From NCBI GenBank assembly GCA_050084985.1, contig JBITNC010000001.1, forward strand, positions 154,504,001 to 154,568,000: a DNA stretch of 64,000 nt, in the 5' to 3' direction. The DNA is from Nageia nagi (taxonomy: Eukaryota; Plantae; Pinophyta). The notes below the pieces were generated by a model. The model worked only from the letters and a program-made list of their open reading frames with translations, was not told the DNA's origin and made no database searches. How positions within the stretch are numbered: the stretch's first letter is position 1; each line of letters starts with the position of its first letter. Below, piece after piece: positions 26,928 to 39,049 of this stretch. Made by a program: the position numbers and the translations under genes.

Positions 26928-29900
26928 TGTTGACACCTAATTTTGGTCCACCCTAGGTGTCCTTATTAAGTGTTTTGTTATGTTAACATCATATCATGTG
27001 TGTTGTATTGGCCCACTTAAGATACTTATCATGTAATTTCATCTTTATTTGTGCAAGGTACCTCATCATTGATGTTAGATTCTATGTGGAGGTTCTCTTG
27101 CATATTTAAAAGTAAGTATAATTACATGGGAAAGCATCAATATTTCATCTCGATAGATGGTACCTAAACTTTTATTTATTTCTCAATGCTGCCTATTGAT
27201 ATTAGGTTCTTGTTATCACACAAGCACATATGTTTTTCCATATTCTTCAATTATATATTTGGCTCTACTTTTTGATATTTTGTTATCTTCTAGATCATGG
27301 TTGTAAACTCTACTCTTGATATTCTCAATGTTTGCATTACCGTATGTGCCAATGCTACTATTCAGGGCTTCACATCCATGCTCCCTTGGGTGTCTATGCT
27401 AGGGTTCTAATTTGCTTTATTACGTAGGGATTCACATATCAAGATCACTATCTTTGACAAGCTCTTGTTTGCATATAATCTTTTTCATCTAGGTAAGGTT
27501 AATAGGTATTTATTTATCTCTCGATCCCTTCCTCATTAGTGCCTATATATTATCTTGATCAATAGCTTGAGTGTTGTTTTATTCATTTCCATTATGTTAT
27601 ACTTTATATTATTATTGTTATTCATTAAATGTAAATATTTATTATAGTTTTTACCTAAGTTAATCTTAGGGATCACTAAAAACATTCAACATTTTAGTGC
27701 CCACCTTAAAGTCGAATCAACCATATTAAAAAAAAAAGACTAGATTTTTCTTTTTTAGGGTATCATATTTTTTGTGAAATTTTTCATAGGAAGCCCTAGG
27801 TTTTGTTTGATTTTAGTTTGTCTTAATTTTTTACAAAAATTAGAAAACCCCATTTCTTTAAAATTGTTGATATTTTGAAGGAGTTTTTATTGTATAGTTT
27901 TTCATTTTTGGTTAAAACATTAGATTTTGAATCTAAGTTTTGAAGATTTTATACATGTTTATGCCATATAACTTTGCTCAGACCTTAAATATTTGTGGTA
28001 AGACATTTTTAGAAGGTGGGATTGGGTTTATTTGCATGCATTATCGAGAGATTTTGAGTTGAAGAAAATTTTGTGGAATTTCGTTTTTTGCATAACATCG
28101 TATATTTTGAGCCTAATTTTTGAAGATTTGGTGGATGTTTACGTTCTATAATTTTTCCTAAACCCTAGATATTCATGATAGGAAAATTTTGGAAGGTGAA
28201 ATTCGGATTATCACATGCATTTTTTTTGAAGTTTTTAGTTAAGAAACAAATTTTTTTATAGAAAAAAATAAAATTTTAAGGTTATTTTAATCAATGTTGT
28301 GAGTTTTTTCATTAGAAAATCTTATCTCACTCGTATATATATTATATTGAATATATTTTATGATTTTTGAAGGCCATATTTTTCAAAAATAGCATATTTT
28401 TGGGTCATATTTTATCAACAAAAAATCCCATGATTTTTGGAGGATTTGATCTCTCTTTCTAATGATAGACATGTCAACAATAGTAGGGTAACATTATCTT
28501 AGCACTAACAATGGAGGAAGTGCCAATGCTAGTAATGTACCTTTGAATGTTGTCACCCTAATGGTAGAGTAATTTAAGTTGTTGGAAATGAATGTTCATT
28601 TGCTCTAGAGTTAGTTGGGAATGAGTGTCGTTAGCACTAAAGATAAAGGAAGTCCTTTAAGTATGGCGATTAGAAATGTTATTCTCATTGGTACAAATAA
28701 GGAACCTGAATTAGAAGAATTTAATGGTAAAGGAGATCCAATTAGTCATCTTTAGGTATTTGAGTATATAATGGAGCTGAAGTGTGGAATGAATGATCAG
28801 TTGAAGGCTACATACTTCCCTATGAGTTTGACTAGTGAAGCAAGAAAATGGTGTCATAACTTGGTATTGACTTTAATTACCTCATTTTAGAAGTTGAAAG
28901 ATAAGTTCAAAAGTCATTTCCAATGTAATATTCAGAAGCCTCTTGATTTGACATATTTGATGCATTATGAGAAATTTGTTGCAAAGGTATTTCTTAACAA
29001 CATTAAACCTATTCTTGGTACTTGTCATCTTGATTATGTTAGAGGTCCCTTTATGGATATGGTTCACATGCTTATCGAGAAAGAAAGGTATATATTAAGA
29101 TCGGGTAAACGTAAGTGTACATATTATACCAAGGATAATCATAAAAATTCATATTTAAGGAAGGAGGATAATCAAATAAATGTGGTTGAACCAAGTCCAA
29201 GAGATGAAGAAAAAGAAACTTTTTACAAGATCCCCATAGCTCCCACACAAATGTTCAAATATTGTTTAGCAAACGGATTGATATAACCTAAAAAGGAAAG
29301 AGAATATGGTGAGGATGAAGAGAAGCTCCATTGGTATAAGGAGAACAATCATTGTTTGTATTATCAAGTCAAAGGCTATTCCATGAATGGGTGTATTGAA
29401 ATGAAGAAGAAATTCCATAAGCTTTTAAAAAGGGAAAAGTTAATTACAATACCAATGAGGAATAAAATAAATAAATTATGGAGGAATATGATGATGAAGA
29501 AGACAACAATATGATCAATATGATTAATCTTGCAAAAGACTGTGTCCATGCATAACAAGGTAAGAAGGGAGGTAAGACTAATCTATTTCATGATCTTGAT
29601 TCTCTTTTTGATAAAATTAGATTATATGATTTATGCATGAAATATTGTTATCATAGAGAAGCTATCAATAATATTTTCAAGAATTGCTTTATTGATGCTA
29701 ACATTTCTACAAGTGCTCTTGGAGACATGTTTAATTTTTTTAGATAGGTTAGCTCAACATAATCAAAATATAGTGCATCCTTTTCACAAGATATTGAAAA
29801 AGAAATTAAAAGTGAACATGAAGATGAAATAGAATAACAAATTACAAATGAAGATATTCACCAAGGAGTTAACATGATTATCTATGATGATGAACAAAAA

Positions 29901-32015
29901 GAGGAAGTATAGAAAGATAAAATTGAATAACCAAGCATGAAGACATATCAAGTTTCAAATGAAGATACCTCTTTAGTTAGTCAACACCTTGAAGAAACCT
30001 TAGATACCGAGCATGAACACTAGGTGCAATGCCAACGTTGGGGGTAGTGTCAACGCTACGATCACAAATTAAGTAAAAGATGAAGTTTGCTTATTGGGAT
30101 CACTCACACATTTCTAAAGAAGATCAAACAAAATGATTCTACCTATTTTCCATATTCTACTAAGCATTCAAGAAAGGATGCTTCATTCAAAGGGAATAAA
30201 GATCAAATTTTTATTTTGTAAGGAAACTTACTAGGTAATGTTTCCCTTCTTTCTCATATAGCTTGGAACTACATTTTCATATAGGTTAGTTATGCATCTT
30301 CATGTAGCTTAGATTACATCATGCATGATATACAACCCCTTTGTTGGTTGGGGGCATAAGTAACCATCACTAATTCCCTTTGTTGGTTGGGGATATAATT
30401 TACCATCATTTCTCTATATCTTTAGGTCTTTGTGTCTTTATGGTCAAGTTATAAGGTTCATGTCAGTCTTTTTATCTATTGGTCTATTTTGGTCAAGTTT
30501 TTGTGTAAGTTTATCAATTCAGTCATGGTTTTCAAGGGAAGTCATGCATGGCATGGTTCAGGAAATGTCACAAGCACAAACATAATGGTTTTCAGTTCAT
30601 AATGGATTAGAAAGAATCAAAATATATCATAAATTTATGATCAATGATTTTAGATGACATAATGCATAAGTAACCCAATACCGAATCTAAGGTATATGGT
30701 AATTTTTTACTTTATCCTAGGGGCATGCCTTCAGGAATGCAAAGGTTATATCCCTTAATTCCCTAATCTCTTATAGGCATAACTTATGATCTTTTTTTAA
30801 ACGTTATGCTTATTATAATAAAATATTGTTATGCTTATGATCACTTCATCATGACCACTTTATGATCACTCCCTTTATTGGTTGGGGTATTAACCATCAC
30901 TATATGATCAATTTATGATAATTATTATGATCTACTTATTTATAATAATTAAGGTATTAAGTATCTATATTATGACATGATTTTACATGATATTATGATG
31001 TAATATATATTCTTTAAGATCTATATGCTTTGTTGGAAGATATTTTCTATCTTTCCTTTTCAGGTTATTCTTTGTTGTTAGTTGTTCTCACTCCATGAGG
31101 ACCATTCCATTTCAATCAAGGTAAAGAGGAGGCAGTATATATCATCAACCTTTGATGATAGAATAGTTCCACTAGAAAACAAGGAACTATCAAAATTTTC
31201 TTCATCTTTCTTTTCTACTTCTTTTGCAAACACAATTACATTTTATTTCATTATATTTGCAAAGGGGGCATCTGTTGACACTTAACTTTGGTCCACCTAA
31301 GTGTTTTGTTATATTACCATCATATCATATAATGTATTTTGTATTAGCCCACTTAAGCCACTTCTCATGTAATTTCATCTTTATTTGTGCAAAGTATAGA
31401 GATGATAGTGTTATCTTTTATGTGGATGTTCTCTTACATATTTAAAGGTAAGTGTAATTACATGGGAAACCATCAAGATTTCATCTCAATAGTCAGTACC
31501 TAAACTTTTAGGTGTTTCTCAACGTCGCCTATTGATATTGGGATCTTATTATCACATGAACACATGTTATTCCATCTTTCGTAATTATGTGTTTTGCTTG
31601 ATTTGTCAATATTATGTTGTTTGTTGGATCTTGGTTGCGAACTCTACTCTTGAGACGCTTAAAGTTTGCACTCGTGCAATATTTGGGGCTTTGCATCTGC
31701 ACTCCCTTGGGCATCCACACAAAGGTTCCATTATGCTTTGTTGCATGGGGATTTGGATATCAAGATCATTATCTTCGACAAGCTCTTGTCTACATATAAT
31801 CTTCTTCATCCAGGTTTAAGGTTAACATGTATTTATCTATCTCTTGATCCCTTCCTCATTAGTGCATAGATGTTATTTTGATCCAATAGTTTGAGTATTG
31901 TTTGATTCATTTCCATTCTGTTATACTTCAAATTATTATTTTTATTCATTAAATGTGAATGTTTAGTATAGTTTCTACCTAGTTTAATCATAGGGGTCAC
32001 TAAAAATATTCAACA
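26928..32015 (+). mobile_element. Gag-only non-autonomous Tat-like LTR element (TR-GAG-like); LTRs 26928-27691 and 31273-32015
   Basis: LTRs TGTTGACAC...TTCAACA; flanks TAATT/TAATC (one mismatch); PBS-like TAGTGCCCACC; PPT AAAGGGGGCATC; gag FNGKGDPISHL...SLTSEARKWC (~28700-29420); no pol. Confidence 0.88.
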
Positions 32016-32089
32016 TAATCCAAAAGCTCACTCTTAAGGAAAGATCTTCGTTAATTATCTTGCTATTACAATCCCCTTAATCGTTTCTC

Positions 32090-32330
32090 CAAAGGTACAT
32101 GATTAGTGTATTGATTATGGCAACCTTAACAATATCACTATCATAAGTCAACATTTTTTGCTAAAGATTGATGTTCTTCTAAACTAGCTACAAAGTGCAT
32201 ATTATTTACACCAAAATTGATCTCATGTCAAACTATCATTAGGTATCTATCAACTAGTTAGACATTTTGAAGACAACTTACTTAGGCTTGCAATATTCTT
32301 TTTCAAGTTCAATAAGTTGTTAATTTCGAC
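32090..32330 (+). mobile_element. Highly degenerate Gypsy RT fragment
   Basis: CIDYGNLNNITI...KIDVLLN*LQSA...KIDLMSNYH* resembles the RT N-terminal motifs. Confidence 0.6.
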
Positions 32331-34539
32331 ACATCCAACAAGCTTCTCTATTAGGTTGGACATCTTTGTATTTTATCAAGAGCATCATGCAACTATATGG
32401 TTTGAGCACGAAACCTATCCCATCTAAGAACCATGCATCTATTTCATCTAGAAAAACACTTTAAGACAATGAGTCACTTCAAAATTACCAAAATAATTGT
32501 AGTACTATTAACATCATCTCTTTTAATCCAACATGTGTTGGGATGTTGTGTCACATAATAGGTTGCCACATTACTTACAAACCCACCAAACTTTGAAAAG
32601 TATTTTTGTTTTTTACTTAACTTGTGATGTTAACATGTCCTTAAGAGTCCATTAGCATCAAATCTGGATGTTCGATGATTATCATTATATTGACATCAAA
32701 TATTTCACACATTTCAACTTATTAGCAAAATAATATGATTTTAAATTCAAAAGAAATATTCAAAAGTCCCTTTAGAAATATCAAACCATTGTTTGTGCAA
32801 CAAACAAGAACGCGTTTTAATCTTGCTTTGTACCTTAGCATGCATATAATCTTGATATATGTCTAATTTTTAAGGCTTTTAGTCTAACTTTACTAGAACA
32901 TCCAATATTTGACTATGTTTATGACTTAGATCACTAACATCTCATACCAATAATAAAGACTTGTTATTGATCATCACTACCAGTACACAACAACAATCAA
33001 CAACTCATCCAAGTTGAGATATAATTTGCTCACTAGGCTACATGGTATACCTTACAACTTCAAATGTAGTTCCCTAAGCTCAATATAGAAGTCTCTAACA
33101 AACAATTTTGATAAAATAGAGATCACAACTTCTTGAGGGACAAATAATCCACGTGTCATCATTATGTGCCAACATCCTTCCATACCATCTCTATTTCTTG
33201 ACATCACCAAGATTAAGGTTGTCATCATCAAATTGCCATCTATCGTCATCATCATCATAACGATCATTGTCAAGTGCTACACAATCAATAGTTGAGTGTC
33301 ATTCCAATGATGCCATCATTTGTCATCACTTCATACAATGCCATGTCTATTGTCATCCACTAATGCTCATCACATTACACCACCATCACTTGATATAGGA
33401 CATCCAACTATTAAGAAAGCCAATCACCACTTGCAACTACTAGAAGACAAACAATCTCATAACTACAACCTATCTTATCACTCATGTCTGTAATATTACA
33501 TGCAACATACTTGACATTGTAATTTAATGGTAAGAACCATCAATCTCTAGCATAAATTTAGCACATACACTAATCTTAAGATCATTCTCATGGTTAGCAT
33601 CAATTTAATCCTAGATAGCAAGTTTTACCCATCAGCACACAAGAATACACTACTTCACAATTCTTCAAGCAACTTTTCATATATTCCTAATTACTATTAC
33701 TTCATTGTACAAAATATTTATTGTTAATTAAATATATTTCTTATTATAATATTATATTTTTTATTTCACTCGACCTCTGTCAACATTTGCATACAATTAA
33801 AACAACTTCTACCAATCTCAATACTTTGTCAAGTTTATGGAGGTCCTTCAAACCACCATACACCTCTCAAAATCTTTCAATCCAAAAGTCAATTTACAAT
33901 TTACCAAAGGGATAAAGAGGCAAAAACATTGAGGATGTTATACAAATTTACCAAGGCCTAGATTATATAGCAGTTAATGTTATAATCACAAAAAGGTGTG
34001 AATGCACATACGAAAGTTACCCACTATTGACATTAATAGTCAGCATCCATCAGCCTTAAAAGCATTTGCAAAGTTGGAATAGAATGTTCAAGAAATCTTG
34101 AAACAAAGAAAATTTTAGTTGTCTGTACACAAACAGATTTTAGATTTTACATCTTCACTTGTTAGCGGCGTTGATGAAACTTAGTGTGGAAACTTTTAGC
34201 TGTTGCATATGAAGTACCATGCGAGTCCAAGATTCAAATCCCACCCCTAGAGAGTGAGATATGCTCAAATGCCATGCACACCGACCTGTGTTTAACCAAA
34301 TGTACAAGGTTCCAGGAGCCTTTCCAAAGCCCGCTCTACCATAATAATAATAAAAAGCAGAAAAAAAAGAAATTTACAATCCGACTGCTTCTTTAGAGAT
34401 CAATTTAAGAGACCAATTTTATTCTTGCCCTCAAGTTTGATATATTAAAGGAATGAAGAAATAGGGGAGAAAAAAGGTCCGTTTAGTTTTACATCAATAC
34501 AATCTCAGCATCAGATAGTACATTTACCAAACACTGGTA

Positions 34540-34683
34540 TCAACTTTCAACGTTATGGTTGTCAACTTGTCGTATGCCCAGCAACTCTATGTCAAAAATA
34601 AGTGTTCCTAGGGTAGAACCTTCTCCATTGGCAAGACGAGTGGGATTGAAAATTGTGGTGAATAGCCTTTGCCTGTCAAAAAA
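34540..34683 (-). CDS. FKBP17-1: FKBP17-1 exon 4 (C-terminus and stop)
   Basis: TGTAG acceptor; FFDRQRLFTTIFNPTRLANGEGSTLGTLIFDIELLGIRQVDNHNVES*, TGA at 34542-34540. Missed by the ORF track. All three introns are phase 0 and the spliced frame is open (239 aa). Confidence 0.96.
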   Translation of the reverse strand, partial: FFDRQRLFTTIFNPTRLANGEGSTLGTLIFDIELLGIRQVDNHNVES

Positions 34684-35719
34684 CTACAGATAGAGGATAA
34701 GTTAATAACATGAAAACCATTTAATGATTTAGCCATCCTACTTCAAATTTAAAATTCCATCAACAAAGCGGGCTTTCATGAGTTAAAGCAAAAGGCAAAC
34801 TCATGAAATTTAGGTATATTTAAAACATGCAATGTATGCAGCAGCATCTTAAGAATACATCCTTCATATGTTAATTATCCCTGGTTTTAACCAATTCTCC
34901 TTATCCTTGGAAACAATGTTCCAAAACCAACTATCAACCCCAACAATATTACTATAATGATCAACTGATTAGGATGAGTTCCAGTAGAGATGGCCTAGCT
35001 GAGATTTCTCAGCGGTTGTCAGCCCCCAAAGTTTTATCTATCATTTTGCATAAGGGTCCATTGAATTTTAAATTCTTCAAAATAAGATAGCTGCTCGGTA
35101 AATTAAGGGCAACCAACCTACTTATATATATTTACAGAAGGAAAGAAGAGAGATGCAAATGAAAACTCACCACAGTTAATGCCCTGTTCAAATTTTCCAT
35201 GAGAAAAAATAGTTGCATTGCAATTTCTGTTAAAGAATCAGTTTGAAGCCATAATGGTTTATTTTTAAATTTAACGGGACCTGCTGCACAGTGAAAACGG
35301 AGTGGTAGACCCCACCTTTTAGGACCCTCCCCTTATACATTGAACAGTTCGTAAAGCTATCAAGCTATCACAGGACATAATCGAGTGAGACTTTTACCAT
35401 TTTAGGTATTTAAACATAATTACTGTGATCTTTCCTAAAATTTTAGTAAAAGCATTAACAGACTTCCAGTCTTCAAACAAGTAAGGCTACTACAAGACAT
35501 TATTATGCAATAGTTCTGGCTGTTCCCAGTGCGGGAGTCAAAACTCTTGAGTCCTAATTAAGGGTTGAAAGGTGGAAACAAGGTAGAGTTGATCATGGAA
35601 ACAAATGTCTGCATTCAAGGACTGACAAGCTTAAATTGGAAGGCAGCTGTTGATGTTATCAGCAGTGATTATTAGCATATATTAAAAGGTGATGCATACA
35701 CAACAGGCCATGTATGTAT

Positions 35720-37716
35720 CCAATAAAATGAAGGCAGGCTGGCATAGACTAAAGACAGTATTAATATGGTTCAATTTCATACTTCACATGATAGGATTCT
35801 TCAAAGAGGTATTTCTTGCAGATGCCAAACAACACACCTCCCTTAAACATGAATTTAGATTTCCTATATTGACAAAGGAAGTTGAGAAGACAAAGAAAAG
35901 GAAAGGTTGAAACATAAGACCTGTCTAAGCACAGAGGATTGCGGCACAAAAGTCTGCTTCTGCACCAAGGCACTAATGACAAACATAAATGAAAAAAAGT
36001 TGAGGATGAGGAAGTACAGGTATCCATTTACTTGGTGATCCCTTGTCATGTACATTCACCACTGATGATAATAGTATCTTATTGCAAATAATGCTTATAG
36101 TTTGTCCAGTATGCAATGTAAATGCATCTTTAATAGGATGTCATTATCCTATTTTCTATTTTTAACAAACTGAAATGCATATTTCCATTACTGTTATTTT
36201 CTACCTTTTACCATGTTTATCATTCTTTGCAATATGTTATTTAATATTTATGGTACTCTAGTATTCTTCCTATTAATGATTTTCATATTCTATGCAAGAA
36301 TCCTATTTACAACCGACTTCCTAGTATCTATGGAGGTTCATCTTAAAAGCTTCCAAGGAAAATATACCAATCAAAGATCTAAACACCCTAGATCCCGGTG
36401 AAGATGAAATTAAGAATTACTTGTTTAATAGGTTCATACCAAGTGGTATCAAAGCCTTTTCTAGGGCCTTAATATATGTGTAAAAACAAATCTTGCCCAC
36501 TTTCAATTTGCTCTCTTTTTTTTTTTTTTTTCTTTTCTACATAGGCAATTAGGATAAAACCTGTATCAGGGGTTTTGAAATATCATGGAGAATTGATTAA
36601 GCATATAAACCCATAAATCTCCATGTGAAGTGAGGTGCAAAAGTTTTTGCACCAATATCCAAGCCTCAGATAAAACCCTTACATGGTTTTAAGCTCACAC
36701 ATACCTTACATATATTGAGAGATCTCATTGAAATTGAGTATTTTTGCAATGCATCGTGAACAGTAACTGGGAATATCATCCTCACGTTCCTAAGAAAAAG
36801 TGGATAGTATGACAAGGACAATACACTTCCTTCTTGGCTAGTGCCCCAAGTACTTTTTCCCGATTCTCAACGTATATTAAAAAGCTGCAAAAAATTGCAT
36901 ACTCCTAACCTAAGCAGCACTCGACTTACCTTATTTGGTCTTATTGTGTGAACCTGCTGAAAACTAAAAGAATAAGAAAGAGTATACAATTCCGAAAATC
37001 ACTTATTAGCTTCCTTACCTATTGCGATTCTCTTGAGAAGACTAACACTAATGTCCAGACAAAGAACACATTAAGAATTAGGATGACAAAAAGTTTCAAG
37101 ATGGTAAATTAGGTTCAGCAACTTGATCTTCAGATGGCGATCTTATTAAAGAAGAACAGGCAAGTTAGCTGTCTAAAGATTGTGATGTGCAGAAGTTAAA
37201 GAATGTTAGACAAGTGCCTTTCATGGATATTACTGGACCATGAAAATTGTGATTGTTTGGCCTTCATTTATTTTGGATGGAAACATTTGAGTTGTCTATG
37301 GCATAATAAGCTTTGCATTACTTTTTTGCACAAACGGCTGATACTCATGTTTGAATAGTCCAATTATTGGTTTATTCATGTATATCTTTTGTTCAGTCTA
37401 TTGAAAAAATAAAGTTCATGCTCCACAATGGAATAATCAAGCTCTTGGAGCAATGAGATGATTGACTAATAAAATAGAATGTTCTGTCACTGATGAGCAG
37501 GAAATAAATCTCAGTTAGTAGAACAACATTTTTCTGATTTACTAGTCGGGTCATGCCCCTATCAGAGTATTTCACCATATTTAATGCTTTCTCGAGCGCT
37601 TCCCTGTCAGAGCTACTGTTCCAGCATGGAAATATTATGCATAGCATCATGTATCCTGTTATGAAGACAATTACAATAAACACTACACAAGGTTTAGCTA
37701 CTCTGTATAGGTTCAT
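35720..37716 (-). pseudogene. Possible second FRO-like remnant (N-terminal exons and C-terminal piece) inside intron 3
   Basis: ORF at 37716 (VIVFITGYMMLCIIFP...KYSDRG) resembles the first FRO TM segment; hydrophobic exon-like block ending in a donor at 37018; 24-nt micro-exon; TM-rich segment 36040-35870. Confidence 0.33.
36030..36780 (+). mobile_element. LTR plus PBS remnant in FKBP17-1 intron 3
   Basis: 36176-36370 aligns with 40910-41105; followed by PBS TGGTATCAAAGCC at 36444-36456. Outer boundaries approximate. Confidence 0.65.
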
Positions 37717-38662
37717 AGTTTAAAAAATAGGCCTCATCTTGAGAAGGACCAGACTAGTTCCAGATCACTTAAGATGGACCTTAGTCTGTAAATACAAAAG
37801 AGTGAAAGCCTACGTGCACACATCCAATCATCAACTGTACCAGGAATCCTCCTATGCAGACATCAGAACTAGAGCTACATGCTGTATACCAATTTCTGTA
37901 ACTCAACACTCTTAACGGGAATTACTAGTTTGAGTAATCCATCTCAAAAGAAAAAGGTTATTCATTTTATGTGAACAGTGACCAATGCTCATTCTACCTA
38001 GATCTGTAGTCACAACAAACTTGTTTAAAAATAGACTAATACATAGAAATGTGGATCAAGTTAAGAATACAAATTGGGACAAAAGTCAGTCTTCCTTCCC
38101 AATTGAAACATGTTTTCTGCACCCAGGTCCTTCATGGCAAGGGGACAAATTTTCATTGATAAAAGGGACAGTACAAGGGAAGCAATTACTAAATGCCATA
38201 TGCTGATATTCAATTACAAGGGATATGCATTTTTATCATAATTTGAAAGTCTCGGTAACTTAATCAAATAACAAATAAGTTTGAGACAAAGCATGCTTTC
38301 CAAGAATGAAATGCATAAAGCGAGGAAGGAGCATCCCAACTTCTTTTACTCTGCTCATTCCCAAAGGTTTTCTGATACATCCATATTAGTATGTCATGTA
38401 TGACTTCCCAAGGCTTAATCATATATAGAACTATTGAAAATGTTTCTCTTGTTCCTAGAATCTAAAAAATGTTGCAGTCAGCATTCGAATAACCGATTGA
38501 ATATTACCTTTGAAAATAATGAAGTATATATGGCATAAATCCAGGTAGGACAAATCAAGCTTTTTTTCTTAGTTGCCAAACACAAATCCACATGTATATC
38601 ATCTTATATAGCTGATACACAGTTCATGTGAACAAGATTTTCACCAAGAATTCAACACGTAC

Positions 38663-38779
38663 ATTTGGGGGAATAGGTTCTTGAGATGTATTTTGATATC
38701 CTTCGGAAGGTGGAATGATAATTCGACGAAGACCTCCTACTTTCATTGTCCTTACTGCAGAGCTAATTCCTGGAATTAC
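38663..38779 (-). CDS. FKBP17-1: FKBP17-1 exon 3
   Basis: TTGCAG acceptor, 39 codons VIPGISSAVRTMKVGGLRRIIIPPSEGYQNTSQEPIPPN, GTACGT donor. Confidence 0.96.
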
Positions 38780-38926
38780 CTGCAACAGCTTTAGATTTGA
38801 GGATAAAGAAAATCTCATGTAGCTCACAGCAAATGCCATTGTATATCTGTTATTCTTTAAAGCTTCTAGAACCTTACCTATTCCATAAACATCATGTTCT
38901 ATGACATTATATTCACTAACACTTAC

Positions 38927-39049
38927 AGTGTCAGATCCAACAGTGAAAACAAAGGGTACTGGAGCGCCCGTCTCATCTTTGTGGTCATATGTTGAATCAA
39001 AGCGCCAGCCTTGCTTTGCTGCAAGTCGGCCATAGTAATGAATAACAAC
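38927..39049 (-). CDS. FKBP17-1: FKBP17-1 exon 2
   Basis: TTGCAG acceptor, 41 codons VVIHYYGRLAAKQGWRFDSTYDHKDETGAPVPFVFTVGSDT, GTAAGT donor. HYYGRLAAKQGWRFDSTYDHKD is characteristic of FKBP17-1. Confidence 0.96.

Noticed and set aside
31082-31869. Cluster of short overlapping ORFs
   Set aside because: They lie in or beside the 3' LTR and I saw no matching open frames in the 5' LTR copy.
33052-33390. Met/Asp-rich ORF
   Set aside because: Produced by degenerate (ATC/TCA)n simple repeats.
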